NCBI GenBank assembly: GCA_038114465.1
Contig: JAYNQW010000014.1
Span: forward strand, 13,453-77,452
Source of the DNA: Rhodospirillaceae bacterium
Lineage (GTDB): Bacteria > Pseudomonadota > Alphaproteobacteria > Rhodospirillales > CALINB01
DNA length: 64,000 nucleotides
Direction of reading: 5' to 3'
Position numbers and translations under genes: made by a program. The notes beneath the pieces were generated by a model. It had not been told where the DNA came from, searched no databases, and worked only from the letters and a program-made list of their open reading frames with translations. Position 1 is the stretch's first letter; every line of letters begins with the position of its first letter. This document shows, piece by piece, positions 1-10,096 of the stretch.

Positions 1-2
1 AA

Positions 3-1097
3 GCAGAACCGGGGCGGTTTCAAGGAATTCATCCGACTGGGCCGGTTACCGCATCGCTTCTGGCCGTCGGTGAGACCACACACCGCTCGGGCCGCGACAT
101 CCTGACCGCCTATCACGTTGGCGTGGAAGTTGCCTGCAAAACTTTCGAAGCAACCCATGTCGATCATATTCTCAACGGCTTTCACTCGACCGGCACCTGC
201 GGCATGCTCGGTGCTGCGGCCGGCATCGGCAATCTTTACGGCGTCGACACTGACACGGCACGCCAAGTCATCGGCATTGCCGCTGCACAATCGTGCGGCC
301 TGCAAGCCAACTTCGGCACGATGACAAAATCTTATCATGTCGGACGCTCTGCAGAATGTGGCATCCTCTCGGCGGACCTCGCAACCCGAGGCTTTACCGC
401 ATCAATAATCAGTCTTGAATCCGACCGCGGCTTTTTTCAAGCCGAAGGCGGCGGCATTGAAGAACACCGCATTCGCGGCAAGCTCGGCAATCCCTGGTCT
501 TTTGCCGATAGGGGTATTTGGATCAAGCCGTGGCCGACTGGCAGCCTCGGTCATGCCGCCATGACCCTGATGCTTGAACTCGTCGAAAAACACGACATCA
601 GGCCGGATAATGTCGAACATGTTGCGGTTAAAACTAGTGACAACATCCATCATACACTGCTTCATCACCGGCCCAAAACCGAACTTGAAGCGAAATTTAG
701 CCTCGAGTTCTGTCTTGCAGCACTCCTCATTGAGCGCAAACTAACCCTATCCGATTTTACCGACGATTATGTGCTCCGCCCTGACATCCAAAACGCTATC
801 GAGCGGATGGAATACAACACGTTCTCGCAAGCGGAATCAAAGGAACACGGATACGGCATCATCACGTCCTTCATCGATATCGAGTTAAAAGACGGCACAA
901 AAATTTCCGAACGCTGCGATTTCGGCAAAGGCAGCAAGGCTAACCCGATGTCATTTGAAGAGGTCTCAAATAAATTCCGTGATTGTGCGGCCTTCGCAGA
1001 TTGGCCGAAGGATAAAACCGAAACGGCGATTGAACTCGTCGCGACCCTTGAAGACGTGCCCGATGTCGCCAAGCTTACCGAAGCCCTCGGTGCATAA
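3..1097 (+). CDS. MmgE/PrpD family protein (2-methylcitrate dehydratase-like), 5'-truncated by the window edge
   Basis: The frame is open from nt 3 with no stop, so the listed ORF 123..1097 is only the Met-initiated part. Motifs such as HSTGTCGMLGAAAG and SYHVGRSAECG are typical of the C-terminal half of MmgE/PrpD proteins. Confidence 0.8.
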   Translation, partial: AEPGRFQGIHPTGPVTASLLAVGETTHRSGRDILTAYHVGVEVACKTFEATHVDHILNGFHSTGTCGMLGAAAGIGNLYGVDTDTARQVIGIAAAQSCGLQANFGTMTKSYHVGRSAECGILSADLATRGFTASIISLESDRGFFQAEGGGIEEHRIRGKLGNPWSFADRGIWIKPWPTGSLGHAAMTLMLELVEKHDIRPDNVEHVAVKTSDNIHHTLLHHRPKTELEAKFSLEFCLAALLIERKLTLSDFTDDYVLRPDIQNAIERMEYNTFSQAESKEHGYGIITSFIDIELKDGTKISERCDFGKGSKANPMSFEEVSNKFRDCAAFADWPKDKTETAIELVATLEDVPDVAKLTEALGA

Positions 1098-1108
1098 AAA
1101 AACACGCC

Positions 1109-1975
1109 TTAGGTATCGAAGCCGTAAAGCTTGCCTGGATTGTCAACAAAGATCATTTTGCGGGTCACTTCATTTGGCACCCACTCTTCCATGATGTCGA
1201 CAAAGTCCGCCGCATCCGCGCCGGCTTGATCCTCATAATCCGGGAACGGCCAATTCAACGCCCAAACCAACCGGTCCGGGCGAGCCTCGACCAATATTCG
1301 GATGCGCTCGGCGGCATCCTCAAAACGGGGCGGTCCGGATTGGGAAGAATAATAGACGCCTGATATCTTGACCCAGACCCGGCCTGTCTCGATCAACTTA
1401 ACGATAGCCTTAAACTCGTCGTCATCCGCACCGACTCCACGCGGTGTGCGGCCAATGTGATCGAATATCAGCGGCACCGGCAAGTTCGAGAGACTGGGTG
1501 CGGCCTCCGCGATCCAGCGGTCCCGGCTGTCCTGAATTTGAATGACCCACCCGAACGGTTCGATCAAACGGGCAATCTGTCCCGCCGAGTCAGGTGAAAG
1601 CTCGTCGCCCGAATGCGATATTCGAATGCCGCGGATACCGCCAGCGTGCAATTCTTCAATTTCTTTTTTTGTCGCGTTGGGCTTAATCACCACTGTACCG
1701 CGCGCCCGGTCCTGACCTAACACTTTGATCGCATCGAGGGTACAACGGTTATCGAAGCCATAGAGCGACGGTTGAACGATAACGCTGCGCTCGATACCCG
1801 TGCGCGTCAGCATATCCCGATAAGCTTCAAGCGGTGCGTAACGCGATTCACGACCTTCGACGTGCGGATACTCATCCTGCAGGCCGTATATATGCGAATG
1901 CGTATCGCAGGTATACCCAGGCAGCTTTAAGCGAGGCTTTCGGCCGTGATCTTCAGTGCGATTGACGGCGAACAT
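1109..1975 (-). CDS. Amidohydrolase-2 family protein (LigI-type lactonase-like)
   Basis: 288 aa with an N-terminal CDTHSHIYG metal-binding motif and a DH..GR motif. The fold is the PF04909-type. It is a paralog of 5363..6238. Confidence 0.7.
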   Translation of the reverse strand: MFAVNRTEDHGRKPRLKLPGYTCDTHSHIYGLQDEYPHVEGRESRYAPLEAYRDMLTRTGIERSVIVQPSLYGFDNRCTLDAIKVLGQDRARGTVVIKPNATKKEIEELHAGGIRGIRISHSGDELSPDSAGQIARLIEPFGWVIQIQDSRDRWIAEAAPSLSNLPVPLIFDHIGRTPRGVGADDDEFKAIVKLIETGRVWVKISGVYYSSQSGPPRFEDAAERIRILVEARPDRLVWALNWPFPDYEDQAGADAADFVDIMEEWVPNEVTRKMIFVDNPGKLYGFDT

Positions 1976-3503
1976 AACGCCTACCCTGTCCGTACAAATA
2001 ATAGGCGTCTGCGGTATCTTTGGGTTTTTTTATCCGGTTCATAATGAGACGGAATGTCGGGGCTACGGCGACCAAAACAGCCAAGGCCAACATGACGGCT
2101 GAAATGGGTGATGTCAGGAAGATCATCGGATCACCGTTATTCCCCATTAACGCCCGCCTGAAATTGGTTTCCATCATCGTTGCCAACACCAAGGCCAATA
2201 CAATCGGTGCCGGGTGGATATCCACTTTGCGCATCAAGTAACCGGCAATCCCGGCAATGATCATGACCCAAACCGGGTACATGCCGTTTTCGTTGGTGTA
2301 GGCGCCAAGAATGCAGATAGCGGTAATCCCTGTGGCAAGCGCACCAGTCGGAATCAAGGTAACTTTTACCCATAACCGAATTCCGAACAGCCCCAGCGCT
2401 AACATGACCGGCAAGCCGACCAACAACGAAGCAAAAATTGCATACGGGAACGTCGGGTTGTCGACGAACAACATCGGACCCGGTTGGATACCCTGAATCA
2501 TCAAGCCGCCGATCATGATCGCCGTGCTGGCAGAACCAGGAATACCGAGTGTCAGTAACGGCGCCATCGCGCCGGACACAGCGGCATTGTTCGCAGTTTC
2601 CGAGGCGACAATACCACGCGGATTACCCGTGCCATACGTTTCCGGGTCTTTCGCCGTTCGCTTCGCTTCAGCATAACTGGTCAACGCTGCAATCGTCGCA
2701 CCGGCACCCGGCACCACGCCAATCACATAACCGATGACTGCGGAGCGAACGAGGTGAAATTTCATCCCGCGGAACAAATCAAAAGACATCGCAATCTTAG
2801 GCGTCTCTTTCATTTCCGGCGGTTTGCGGCGAATGGTCTCCAACATGAAGAACACTTCGGAGAGCGCAAATAAGCCGATCAGAGCCGGCAGTAGCGGGAT
2901 ACCGCTGAGCAACGATTCCGTAATGGTAAACCGCGCATTACCCGAGATCGGGTCCAGACCGATGGTCGCAAGCAACAAACCAAACAACAGGCCAATAAAG
3001 CCTTTCAAAAACGAACCGCTACTGAGCACACCGACCAAACTGAGGCCGAGCACAGCGAGCGCAAAATATTCCGGCGGACCGAAAATAATAGCGATCTTGA
3101 CGATCCACACAGCTGTAAAAACAAGTAAAATCGTTCCGACCAAAGAACCAAATCCTGACCCCAAAATCGAATAGGTCAGCGCTTTACCGGCTTCGCCTTT
3201 AACCCGCATCGGATATCCATCGAAGGCCGTTGGCGCCGCGGCAGGCGTACCAGGTGCATTTGCCAAAATAGCGGGGATTGCGCCTGAATATTCGGAAGCC
3301 ATATAGATAGCAACCATCAGCACGATGGAAGGCACCGGCTCCATATGAAAGGTGAAAGGAATAATAACGGCGAGGGCGATACTGGAAGTCATGCCGGGAA
3401 TTGCGCCAACGACATAACCGATCAAAGTTCCGATAAAAAGAGCCGTGAGGGCATTGGATCTGAATACCAGATCAAAGCCACCCATGAAATTTTCAATGAT
3501 CAT
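1953..3503 (-). CDS. tctA: Tripartite tricarboxylate transporter large permease TctA
   Basis: 516 aa polytopic membrane protein with TctA-type motifs (GxxxGxxPGxG repeated). It sits downstream of tctC and tctB. Confidence 0.9.
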   Translation of the reverse strand: MIIENFMGGFDLVFRSNALTALFIGTLIGYVVGAIPGMTSSIALAVIIPFTFHMEPVPSIVLMVAIYMASEYSGAIPAILANAPGTPAAAPTAFDGYPMRVKGEAGKALTYSILGSGFGSLVGTILLVFTAVWIVKIAIIFGPPEYFALAVLGLSLVGVLSSGSFLKGFIGLLFGLLLATIGLDPISGNARFTITESLLSGIPLLPALIGLFALSEVFFMLETIRRKPPEMKETPKIAMSFDLFRGMKFHLVRSAVIGYVIGVVPGAGATIAALTSYAEAKRTAKDPETYGTGNPRGIVASETANNAAVSGAMAPLLTLGIPGSASTAIMIGGLMIQGIQPGPMLFVDNPTFPYAIFASLLVGLPVMLALGLFGIRLWVKVTLIPTGALATGITAICILGAYTNENGMYPVWVMIIAGIAGYLMRKVDIHPAPIVLALVLATMMETNFRRALMGNNGDPMIFLTSPISAVMLALAVLVAVAPTFRLIMNRIKKPKDTADAYYLYGQGRRYVRRQSH

Positions 3504-3517
3504 TTAAACCGCACCCC

Positions 3518-4039
3518 TTACGGCAGATTAGCGCTGAGAACGCGCTCAAACACGAAGTGAGCAACGAGTAGTGTCAAAATTGTCAAAGAAACAATCCATT
3601 TCCAACTACGTATTCCAGACAATAATAGGACAAGAGGCGCCCAAACGATTGTCGCAACATAATAGGTCACGAACGGCATTGAGAATGCGTAAAGCACCGT
3701 TAAAAGAATTGTTCCAATTACATTCAAGGGCTCGGTGATAGAGATCCCTTCCCCTTTCTCGCTGCTGAACATTCGAAAAATTCCGAAGAGCAAAATAGCA
3801 ATGGAGCAAGCCAACAGTGCCCACGCCATCGTGTCCGGGAACGCAGCCGTACCTGGATCGGTAGGGTTAAAATTGGAATCAGGAAGGTCTTTGCCGAGAA
3901 GCAGGAAATAACCGGCAATAGCAGAAAAAGCGAGGCCTGTAAGAACTTCCGCCAGGCCACGCCCAATTTTCCAGTGTGTTTCGTCGGCTTGGGGAAGCCC
4001 CGTTTGGGGCTCCCCCTCGCTTTGAGACGGTGAAGTCAT
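3518..4039 (-). CDS. tctB: Tripartite tricarboxylate transporter small subunit TctB
   Basis: 173 aa protein with about 4 transmembrane segments, positioned between tctC and tctA as in canonical TTT operons. Confidence 0.65.
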   Translation of the reverse strand: MTSPSQSEGEPQTGLPQADETHWKIGRGLAEVLTGLAFSAIAGYFLLLGKDLPDSNFNPTDPGTAAFPDTMAWALLACSIAILLFGIFRMFSSEKGEGISITEPLNVIGTILLTVLYAFSMPFVTYYVATIVWAPLVLLLSGIRSWKWIVSLTILTLLVAHFVFERVLSANLP

Positions 4040-4078
4040 CGTGCCAAACTTTCCGTTAATTGACTCTATTGGCTCCGA

Positions 4079-5101
4079 TTACTTCTTTTTCTTCTTTTTC
4101 TTCTTAAACACGCTCGGATCAAGATCCTTGACGTATTGGGCCGTGACTTTGTTCACGTGATGCGCAAACTTCGTGAACCGCTTCGGCCCATAGTTCATCA
4201 ACGTCTTACCCGTTTTGTTCAGCCACTTCGTAACACGCTCGCTTTTCATTGCTTTGATGAAAGCGGCATTGACTTTAGCTAAACGGTCTGCGGGAACACC
4301 TTTCGGCGCGACCAAGCCACGGAACTGCACAAAAGTGGAATCAACTTTTGGGTACCCCGCTTGATGAATAGTTGGCACCTTCGGGATAGCCGGTGAAGGC
4401 GACGTCGACATAATAGCTAGATAACGCAGATTTTTGGCTCGAGCATGTTGCAAAGTAACGCCAACAAAGTTCACGGTCATATCCGCGTGTTTACCAACCG
4501 TTGCAACCGCTGCCGGCCCCATGCTGGTGTAAGGAACCCAAACCGCATTCGTCGGCTTGAAGCCAACACCATTGGCAAAGATGTTCCAGGCAATCCATTG
4601 TGCTCCACCGACGGCAAAACCGGCGATTTTGTGCTTGCCCGGATTGGAATTAATCATCTTCACAAAGCTTTTGAGATCTTTTGCCGGGCTATCTGTCGGA
4701 ACGGCAAAGACAAACGGATCCTGAAGCAAACCGGTCACCCAGGTGAAATCTTTAACACCAAAGCGGCCTTTAAATACCGTGTTCATCCGGCCGATCAAAC
4801 TGCCTGTAGTGGAACCGATGGTGTAGCCATCAGCTTTCGCGCCTTTCGTCAAATAACCCATTTGCTTGGCGCCACCGCCACCTTTCATATTCTGAACGAT
4901 GACCTTTTGACCAAGATGCTTCGCAGCGATGGGGGCGAGCAACCGTGCCATACGGTCCGTGCCGCCACCCGCACTGGAGTGAAGGACATAACGAATAGGC
5001 TTGGTCGGAAATTTATCCGCCAAGGCTTCTCCCGCCGTCATAACGGCAAGGCCGCCGATACCCATAACGGAGGCGACAACAACTTTAGTCCGACTTTTCA
5101 T
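4079..5101 (-). CDS. tctC: Tripartite tricarboxylate transporter substrate-binding protein TctC (Bug family), with a C-terminal octa-lysine tail
   Basis: 340 aa with a signal peptide, a Bug/TctC-like core (GGGTD..AR, GY.KVDS motifs), and a terminal ...VFKKKKKKKK. Confidence 0.9.
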   Translation of the reverse strand: MKSRTKVVVASVMGIGGLAVMTAGEALADKFPTKPIRYVLHSSAGGGTDRMARLLAPIAAKHLGQKVIVQNMKGGGGAKQMGYLTKGAKADGYTIGSTTGSLIGRMNTVFKGRFGVKDFTWVTGLLQDPFVFAVPTDSPAKDLKSFVKMINSNPGKHKIAGFAVGGAQWIAWNIFANGVGFKPTNAVWVPYTSMGPAAVATVGKHADMTVNFVGVTLQHARAKNLRYLAIMSTSPSPAIPKVPTIHQAGYPKVDSTFVQFRGLVAPKGVPADRLAKVNAAFIKAMKSERVTKWLNKTGKTLMNYGPKRFTKFAHHVNKVTAQYVKDLDPSVFKKKKKKKK

Positions 5102-5362
5102 GATATATTTCTCCCAGTCTTCCTAGTTTTCATTAAACATTGCAATTTCACTGCTTCCATCCCTGTTTTGGCTTTTGAAGCATCAGTAACGGTCGCTTGA
5201 AACGGCCAGATTATTAATCTTGGTAGAGTAACATAAACCAAATCCGGATCGGTAGCTATATTTAACACTGATCTTTTTAGTAATTGGTTCGATTTTTGAT
5301 TGATATTTGCCCTAGACTTAAGGTCCACGATCTTTGTCGAACACACAGGCACAAGATGGCCG

Positions 5363-6238
5363 TTAGACATCAAATCCGAAGAGTTTGCCCGGGTTCGTCG
5401 CTAAAATCATAGTTCGGGTTTCCTCGTCGACCTCCCAATTCAACAGCTGGTCAAGAAAATCGGCACTGTCGGCATCACGCCCGCAATCGAAGGGGTAATC
5501 CGGAAACGGCCAATTGAGAGCCCAAATGAGCCGGTCAGGGCGGGCATTAATTAGAATTCGCAGCCGCTCAGCCATATCTTCGTTAGCCGGATGCTGATCC
5601 TTCGAAGAATAATGGGCGCCAGAAATCTTGACCCACGCATTCCCCTTTTCAACCAGCTTGACCATGGCCTTGAACGCACTGCCGTTCACGCCTTCCTCGG
5701 GTGAAGTCCTGCCAAAATGATCGAACACAACCGGCACCGGTAATTGTGCGAAGGTTGATGCGTTATCCTCAATCCACGTTGGGCGTTTATCCTGAAATTG
5801 CAAAATCCAACCGAACGGTGCGACGATCTTGGCAAGATCGGCCGCACTCTCCGGCGATAGATCATCCGCACTTTTGGAAATTCGAACGCCGCGCATACCG
5901 GCATCATGGAGCCGTTGGATTTCCTGTTTCGACGTATCCGCCGGGATCACGCACGTACCGCGCGCGCGCTCAGGGCCTAACGCTGCGATAGCGTCCAGAG
6001 AACAAGTATTATCGAAACCGTAAAATGAAGAATGAACGATGACACAGCGCTCGACCCCGATCCGGTCCAGCATATCCCTATAAACTTCAAGCGGCGCATA
6101 ACGCGGCTTCAATCCCGGGCGCTGAGGATATTGATCAAGCGGGCCATAGATATGGGAGTGCGTGTCGCATGTCTTGGGCGGCGCCTTGAGTTTCGGCGTG
6201 CGTCCGTAATCCTCCGTTAGGTTGTGAATATCAAACAT
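5363..6238 (-). CDS. Amidohydrolase-2 family protein (LigI-type lactonase-like), paralog of 1109..1975
   Basis: 291 aa, colinear with 1109..1975. Roughly half the residues look identical by eye, including CDTHSHIYG, RYAPLE.YRDML, FYGFDN, LPVP..FDH.GR and ALNWPFPDY. Confidence 0.7.
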   Translation of the reverse strand: MFDIHNLTEDYGRTPKLKAPPKTCDTHSHIYGPLDQYPQRPGLKPRYAPLEVYRDMLDRIGVERCVIVHSSFYGFDNTCSLDAIAALGPERARGTCVIPADTSKQEIQRLHDAGMRGVRISKSADDLSPESAADLAKIVAPFGWILQFQDKRPTWIEDNASTFAQLPVPVVFDHFGRTSPEEGVNGSAFKAMVKLVEKGNAWVKISGAHYSSKDQHPANEDMAERLRILINARPDRLIWALNWPFPDYPFDCGRDADSADFLDQLLNWEVDEETRTMILATNPGKLFGFDV

Positions 6239-6241
6239 CGG

Positions 6242-6931
6242 CTACACAGCAACCAACTGACCGTTTTCCAACCGAACAGTGCGGTCCATCTTGCCGGCCA
6301 GAGTCGGGTTATGGGTAGCGATCAATGCCGCTAAACCGGCACCCCGGACCAATTTCATGAGAATGGCAAAGACTTCATCCGCCGTGTCCGGGTCGAGATT
6401 GCCGGTCGGCTCATCCGCTAATAATAATTTCGGTACGTTCGCCAGCGCGCGGCCAATAGCGACACGCTGCTGTTCACCACCCGACAATTGCCCGGGACGA
6501 TGCTTGGCACGCTCGGCCAACCCCATCCATTCGAGCATTTCTCGCGCTCGGGATTTCGACTCGTTTTTGCTTCGCCCGGCAATAATTTGCGGCATGGCGA
6601 TATTTTCTTCTGCTGAAAACTCGGGTAGCAAATGATGGTACTGGTAAACAAAACCGATGTTATGACGGCGCATATTTGTCCGCTCGTCATCGCTCAAATC
6701 GCCGCAGAACTTTCCGCAAATTTCAATTGAACCGTCGTTTGGTTTATCAAGCAGCCCGGCTATATGCAGCAGCGTCGATTTCCCCGCCCCTGACGGCCCG
6801 ACAAGGGCAACGATTTCTCCGGCGTGCACTTCGAGATTGGCACCCTTCAAAACTTCGAGTTTTGACCGGCCTTGCTTAAAAGTGTGAACGACACCTTTTA
6901 ATTGCAGCGTTACAGTGCTCATGGCCGGCAC
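6242..6931 (-). CDS. lolD: Lipoprotein-releasing ABC transporter ATP-binding protein LolD
   Basis: 229 aa with Walker A GPSGAGKST, signature LSGGEQQRV and Walker B LLLADEP. It lies immediately downstream of the LolC/E permease. Confidence 0.85.
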   Translation of the reverse strand: MPAMSTVTLQLKGVVHTFKQGRSKLEVLKGANLEVHAGEIVALVGPSGAGKSTLLHIAGLLDKPNDGSIEICGKFCGDLSDDERTNMRRHNIGFVYQYHHLLPEFSAEENIAMPQIIAGRSKNESKSRAREMLEWMGLAERAKHRPGQLSGGEQQRVAIGRALANVPKLLLADEPTGNLDPDTADEVFAILMKLVRGAGLAALIATHNPTLAGKMDRTVRLENGQLVAV

Positions 6932-8173
6932 CTACTCATAACGAAGCGCCTCCGCCGGATCGAGCCGGGCTGCCCGCCAGGAGGGATAAAGTGTCGCCAG
7001 AAACGATAAGCCGAGCCCCATCAAGACAACCGCCGTCACCTCCGTCGGATCGACCACGGCCGGCAATTGCGAGAGGAAGTAAATTTCGGCGGCGAACAGC
7101 TCCGTACCCGTCAGCCCTTGAATCCATTGGCGGACCGTTTCGATATTCATGGAAAACGAAAGTCCCAAGCCGAAACCCAACAATGTGCCGATTACACCGA
7201 CACAGCCGCCGGCCAGGAAAAAGATACGCATGATCATGCCGCGCGTCGCACCCATTGTTCGCAAAATTGCAATACTTCGCCCCTTGTCTTTCACCAACAT
7301 GATCAGGCTTGAAATAATATTGAACGCCGCTACCAAGATGATCAGCGTCAAAATCAGAAACATAACGTTGCGCTCGACCTGAATGGCATTGAAGAAACTT
7401 TTGTTGGCCTGCTGCCAATCGTGCAGCCGCCCGGTTCCCTTGACGGTTCGCAAAATCTTATGTCCGATATCGCGCGCGTCATCCGGCTTGGTGACGAAGA
7501 CTTCCAAGTTACTGACGGCTTTCGGCAATTGAAAATAAACTTGTGCCGCTTTTAACGGCATGAAGATGAAGCTCGAGTCGTATTCGTACATGCCGATGTT
7601 AAAGGTCGCCGCGACTTTGTATGCGCGCAACCGCGGCACCGAACCGAACGCCGTAACCTTGCCCTTCGGCGAAATGAGCGTGATCTTGCTACCGACACCG
7701 ATGCCGAGCTTCTGCGCCAGCCGCGAGCCGATCACGACACTGTTGCCGTTAAAGTCGGTAAGCTTGCCGGCCTGAATCTTGCTAGAAACCATTTCACGCC
7801 TCATCAAGTCTTTTGCGCGAATGCCGCGCACGACGGCCCCTGTCGCAACCCCGCGCGCGGTTGCCATGACCTGCCCTTCAATCAGGGGAATAACTTTGAC
7901 CACGCCGGGCACCTTGCGGACCCGGTCGGCCAACGGATCAAAGCCGCTCAGCCGGTGAGTATCGCCGTAAATACTGAGATGGCCGTTGATACCGAGAATG
8001 CGTGAGAGCAACTCTTCACGAAACCCGTTCATGACCGACATCACGATAATTAGCGTCGCAACGCCCAGAGCAATACCGATGAAGGAAAACAACGCGATAA
8101 CGGAAATGAAGCCGTCCCGGCGGCGGGAAAACAGGTAGCGAAGCGCGACCATCCATTCGAAGCGGGAAAACAC
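6932..8173 (-). CDS. lolC: Lipoprotein-releasing system permease LolC/E
   Basis: 413 aa with MacB/FtsX-type topology: an N-terminal TM segment, a large periplasmic loop and a C-terminal FtsX domain. It ends LDPAEALRYE. Its stop abuts the lolD start. Confidence 0.85.
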   Translation of the reverse strand: MFSRFEWMVALRYLFSRRRDGFISVIALFSFIGIALGVATLIIVMSVMNGFREELLSRILGINGHLSIYGDTHRLSGFDPLADRVRKVPGVVKVIPLIEGQVMATARGVATGAVVRGIRAKDLMRREMVSSKIQAGKLTDFNGNSVVIGSRLAQKLGIGVGSKITLISPKGKVTAFGSVPRLRAYKVAATFNIGMYEYDSSFIFMPLKAAQVYFQLPKAVSNLEVFVTKPDDARDIGHKILRTVKGTGRLHDWQQANKSFFNAIQVERNVMFLILTLIILVAAFNIISSLIMLVKDKGRSIAILRTMGATRGMIMRIFFLAGGCVGVIGTLLGFGLGLSFSMNIETVRQWIQGLTGTELFAAEIYFLSQLPAVVDPTEVTAVVLMGLGLSFLATLYPSWRAARLDPAEALRYE

Positions 8174-8187
8174 CGTCGCCTAACCCC

Positions 8188-9501
8188 TTATGCCGTTAGT
8201 TTCGATAACACGGAATCCAGCGAGACTTCCGCCCGTTCACCGGACCGCCGTTGTTTTAATTCGACGACATCGTTCTTCAGCCCCCGCGGTCCGACAACGA
8301 CTTGCCACGGCAAGCCGATCAAATCCATGTCCGCGAATTTAACCCCGGCGCGCTCGTCCCGGTCGTCATAAAGAACGCTGACACCGCTTTTTTTGAGTTT
8401 GTCGTATAAATCCGCCGCCGCTTGATCGCAGGTGTCGTCGCCGACTTTTAAATTCACCAGGCCAACTTTAAAGGGTGCCACGGAATCGGGCCAAATAATG
8501 CCGTCATCGTCATGGGACGCCTCGATGATAGCCCCCAGCAGTCTTGATACACCGATCCCGTATGACCCCATCTCGACAGCGATTTCCTCGCCGTCCGGGC
8601 CATTAACAACCGCGTTCATGGCTTTGGAATATTTCGTACCGAAGTAAAAAATGTGGCCGACCTCAATGCCGCGCGCGACCATCAGATCATCACCGAGCGC
8701 TTTTTCCTGCTCGGGATCACGCTGTTCGTCGGTTGCGGCATACTTCGAGGTGTATTGATCGACCTCAGATTGAAGATCCGAGTCGTAATTCATGTCGGCG
8801 CCACTTAAATCCATCGACAGAAAATCTTTATGACACGCGACTTCGCTTTCACCGGTCTCGGCTAAGATGACAAATTCGTGGCTCATGTCCCCGCCGATCG
8901 GTCCGGTATCGGCTTGCATGGGAATAGCCTTGAGGCCGAGGCGCTCGAACGTGCGCAAGTACGCCATAAACATTTTATTGTAGCTATGCTTCGCGCCGTC
9001 GTAATCGAGGTCGAAGGAATAGGCATCCTTCATCAGAAATTCGCGTCCGCGCATGATGCCGAAACGCGGGCGAACCTCGTCGCGAAATTTCCATTGAATA
9101 TGATAAAGACACTGCGGCAGGTCTTTGTAAGACCGAACCGAGGCACGGAAAATTTCCGTGATTTGTTCTTCATTGGTCGGCCCATACAGCATATCTCGGT
9201 CATGACGGTCGCGAATGCGCAGCATTTCCGGACCGTAGGCATCGTAGCGCCCACTTTCGCGCCAGATATCCGCCGATTGAATTGTCGGCATTAAGAGTTC
9301 CTGCGCACCTGTCGCATCCTGTTCTTCCCGCACGATGGCTTCAATGTTTTTGAGCACCCGAAAGCCGAGCGGCAGCCATGAATAGATCCCGGCGCTGGCC
9401 TGGCGAATCATGCCCGCACGCAGCATCAGCCGGTGTGACGCGATTTGCGCTTCCGACGGCGTTTCCTTGAGGGTCGGTAGAAAAAATTTAGAGCGGCGCA
9501 T
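8188..9501 (-). CDS. proS: Prolyl-tRNA synthetase (short alphaproteobacterial type)
   Basis: Class II aaRS motifs and ProRS-specific sequence ([38 protein letters not shown]). I chose the ATG at 9501 over the TTG at 9510. Confidence 0.95.
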   Translation of the reverse strand: MRRSKFFLPTLKETPSEAQIASHRLMLRAGMIRQASAGIYSWLPLGFRVLKNIEAIVREEQDATGAQELLMPTIQSADIWRESGRYDAYGPEMLRIRDRHDRDMLYGPTNEEQITEIFRASVRSYKDLPQCLYHIQWKFRDEVRPRFGIMRGREFLMKDAYSFDLDYDGAKHSYNKMFMAYLRTFERLGLKAIPMQADTGPIGGDMSHEFVILAETGESEVACHKDFLSMDLSGADMNYDSDLQSEVDQYTSKYAATDEQRDPEQEKALGDDLMVARGIEVGHIFYFGTKYSKAMNAVVNGPDGEEIAVEMGSYGIGVSRLLGAIIEASHDDDGIIWPDSVAPFKVGLVNLKVGDDTCDQAAADLYDKLKKSGVSVLYDDRDERAGVKFADMDLIGLPWQVVVGPRGLKNDVVELKQRRSGERAEVSLDSVLSKLTA

Positions 9502-9624
9502 GCAAATCAAATAATTTCAGTCGGATACGGGGTGTCTTTGCAATCTAGGGAATGACCCTTTGATTGTCGAGCCAAGATACGAACGCCATCGGAAACGGCA
9601 AAAGAACAGGAATAATGGGATTAA

Positions 9625-10053
9625 TCAGCGCTTGCCGGACAAGGCTTCACGGCATTTTTTGATGACCTCGGACTGGTCGATTCCACCCAAAGGTTTGCCG
9701 TTAAAATAAACTTGATTGCCACTAATTGAAATTTGGCCAATGACAGGCTCGCCAAAAGCTGAACCGAGATTACCCGTAGCCTTTGAAAGCCCTGGCAGGC
9801 TTTGTGTCAAATTAAACGTAATCACGTCTGGCACTTTGATGGGCGATGGATTGCCTAAATCGGCGGGCGCGACCTTTCGGCCAAAACCGCCATCACCGGG
9901 CTTATAATTTACATCCGGTGCGGGTTGATGGCGCACGATATTGGCGCAATCTTGTTTTGAGAACCGGACCGTCTCAGCAAACGCGCCCCCGGCCGGCACC
10001 CCAAGCAGCAAAAGATTAATACCAGCAACAATTGAAAGGTTCCGTAATAGCAT
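9625..10053 (-). CDS. Hypothetical secreted protein
   Basis: The ORF has a plausible signal peptide (MLLRNLSIVAGINLLLLGVPAGGAFA) starting from the ATG at 10053, and two Cys. I recognise no family. Confidence 0.5.
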   Translation of the reverse strand: MLLRNLSIVAGINLLLLGVPAGGAFAETVRFSKQDCANIVRHQPAPDVNYKPGDGGFGRKVAPADLGNPSPIKVPDVITFNLTQSLPGLSKATGNLGSAFGEPVIGQISISGNQVYFNGKPLGGIDQSEVIKKCREALSGKR

Positions 10054-10096
10054 CTGAAAACTATGATCGTGTAACGTTAACAATATACAAACGAGC

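Noticed and set aside
4445-5200. 251-aa plus-strand ORF opposite tctC; similar shadows lie opposite nuoG and nuoF (24588..25226, 26274..26891, 27287..27907)
   Set aside because: They lie fully inside strongly supported minus-strand genes and have no recognisable motifs.
5098-5373. 91-aa minus-strand ORF in the tctC upstream spacer
   Set aside because: The region is AT-rich and the ORF overlaps both flanking genes. It has no family resemblance, so it is more likely promoter or 5'-UTR sequence for tctCBA.
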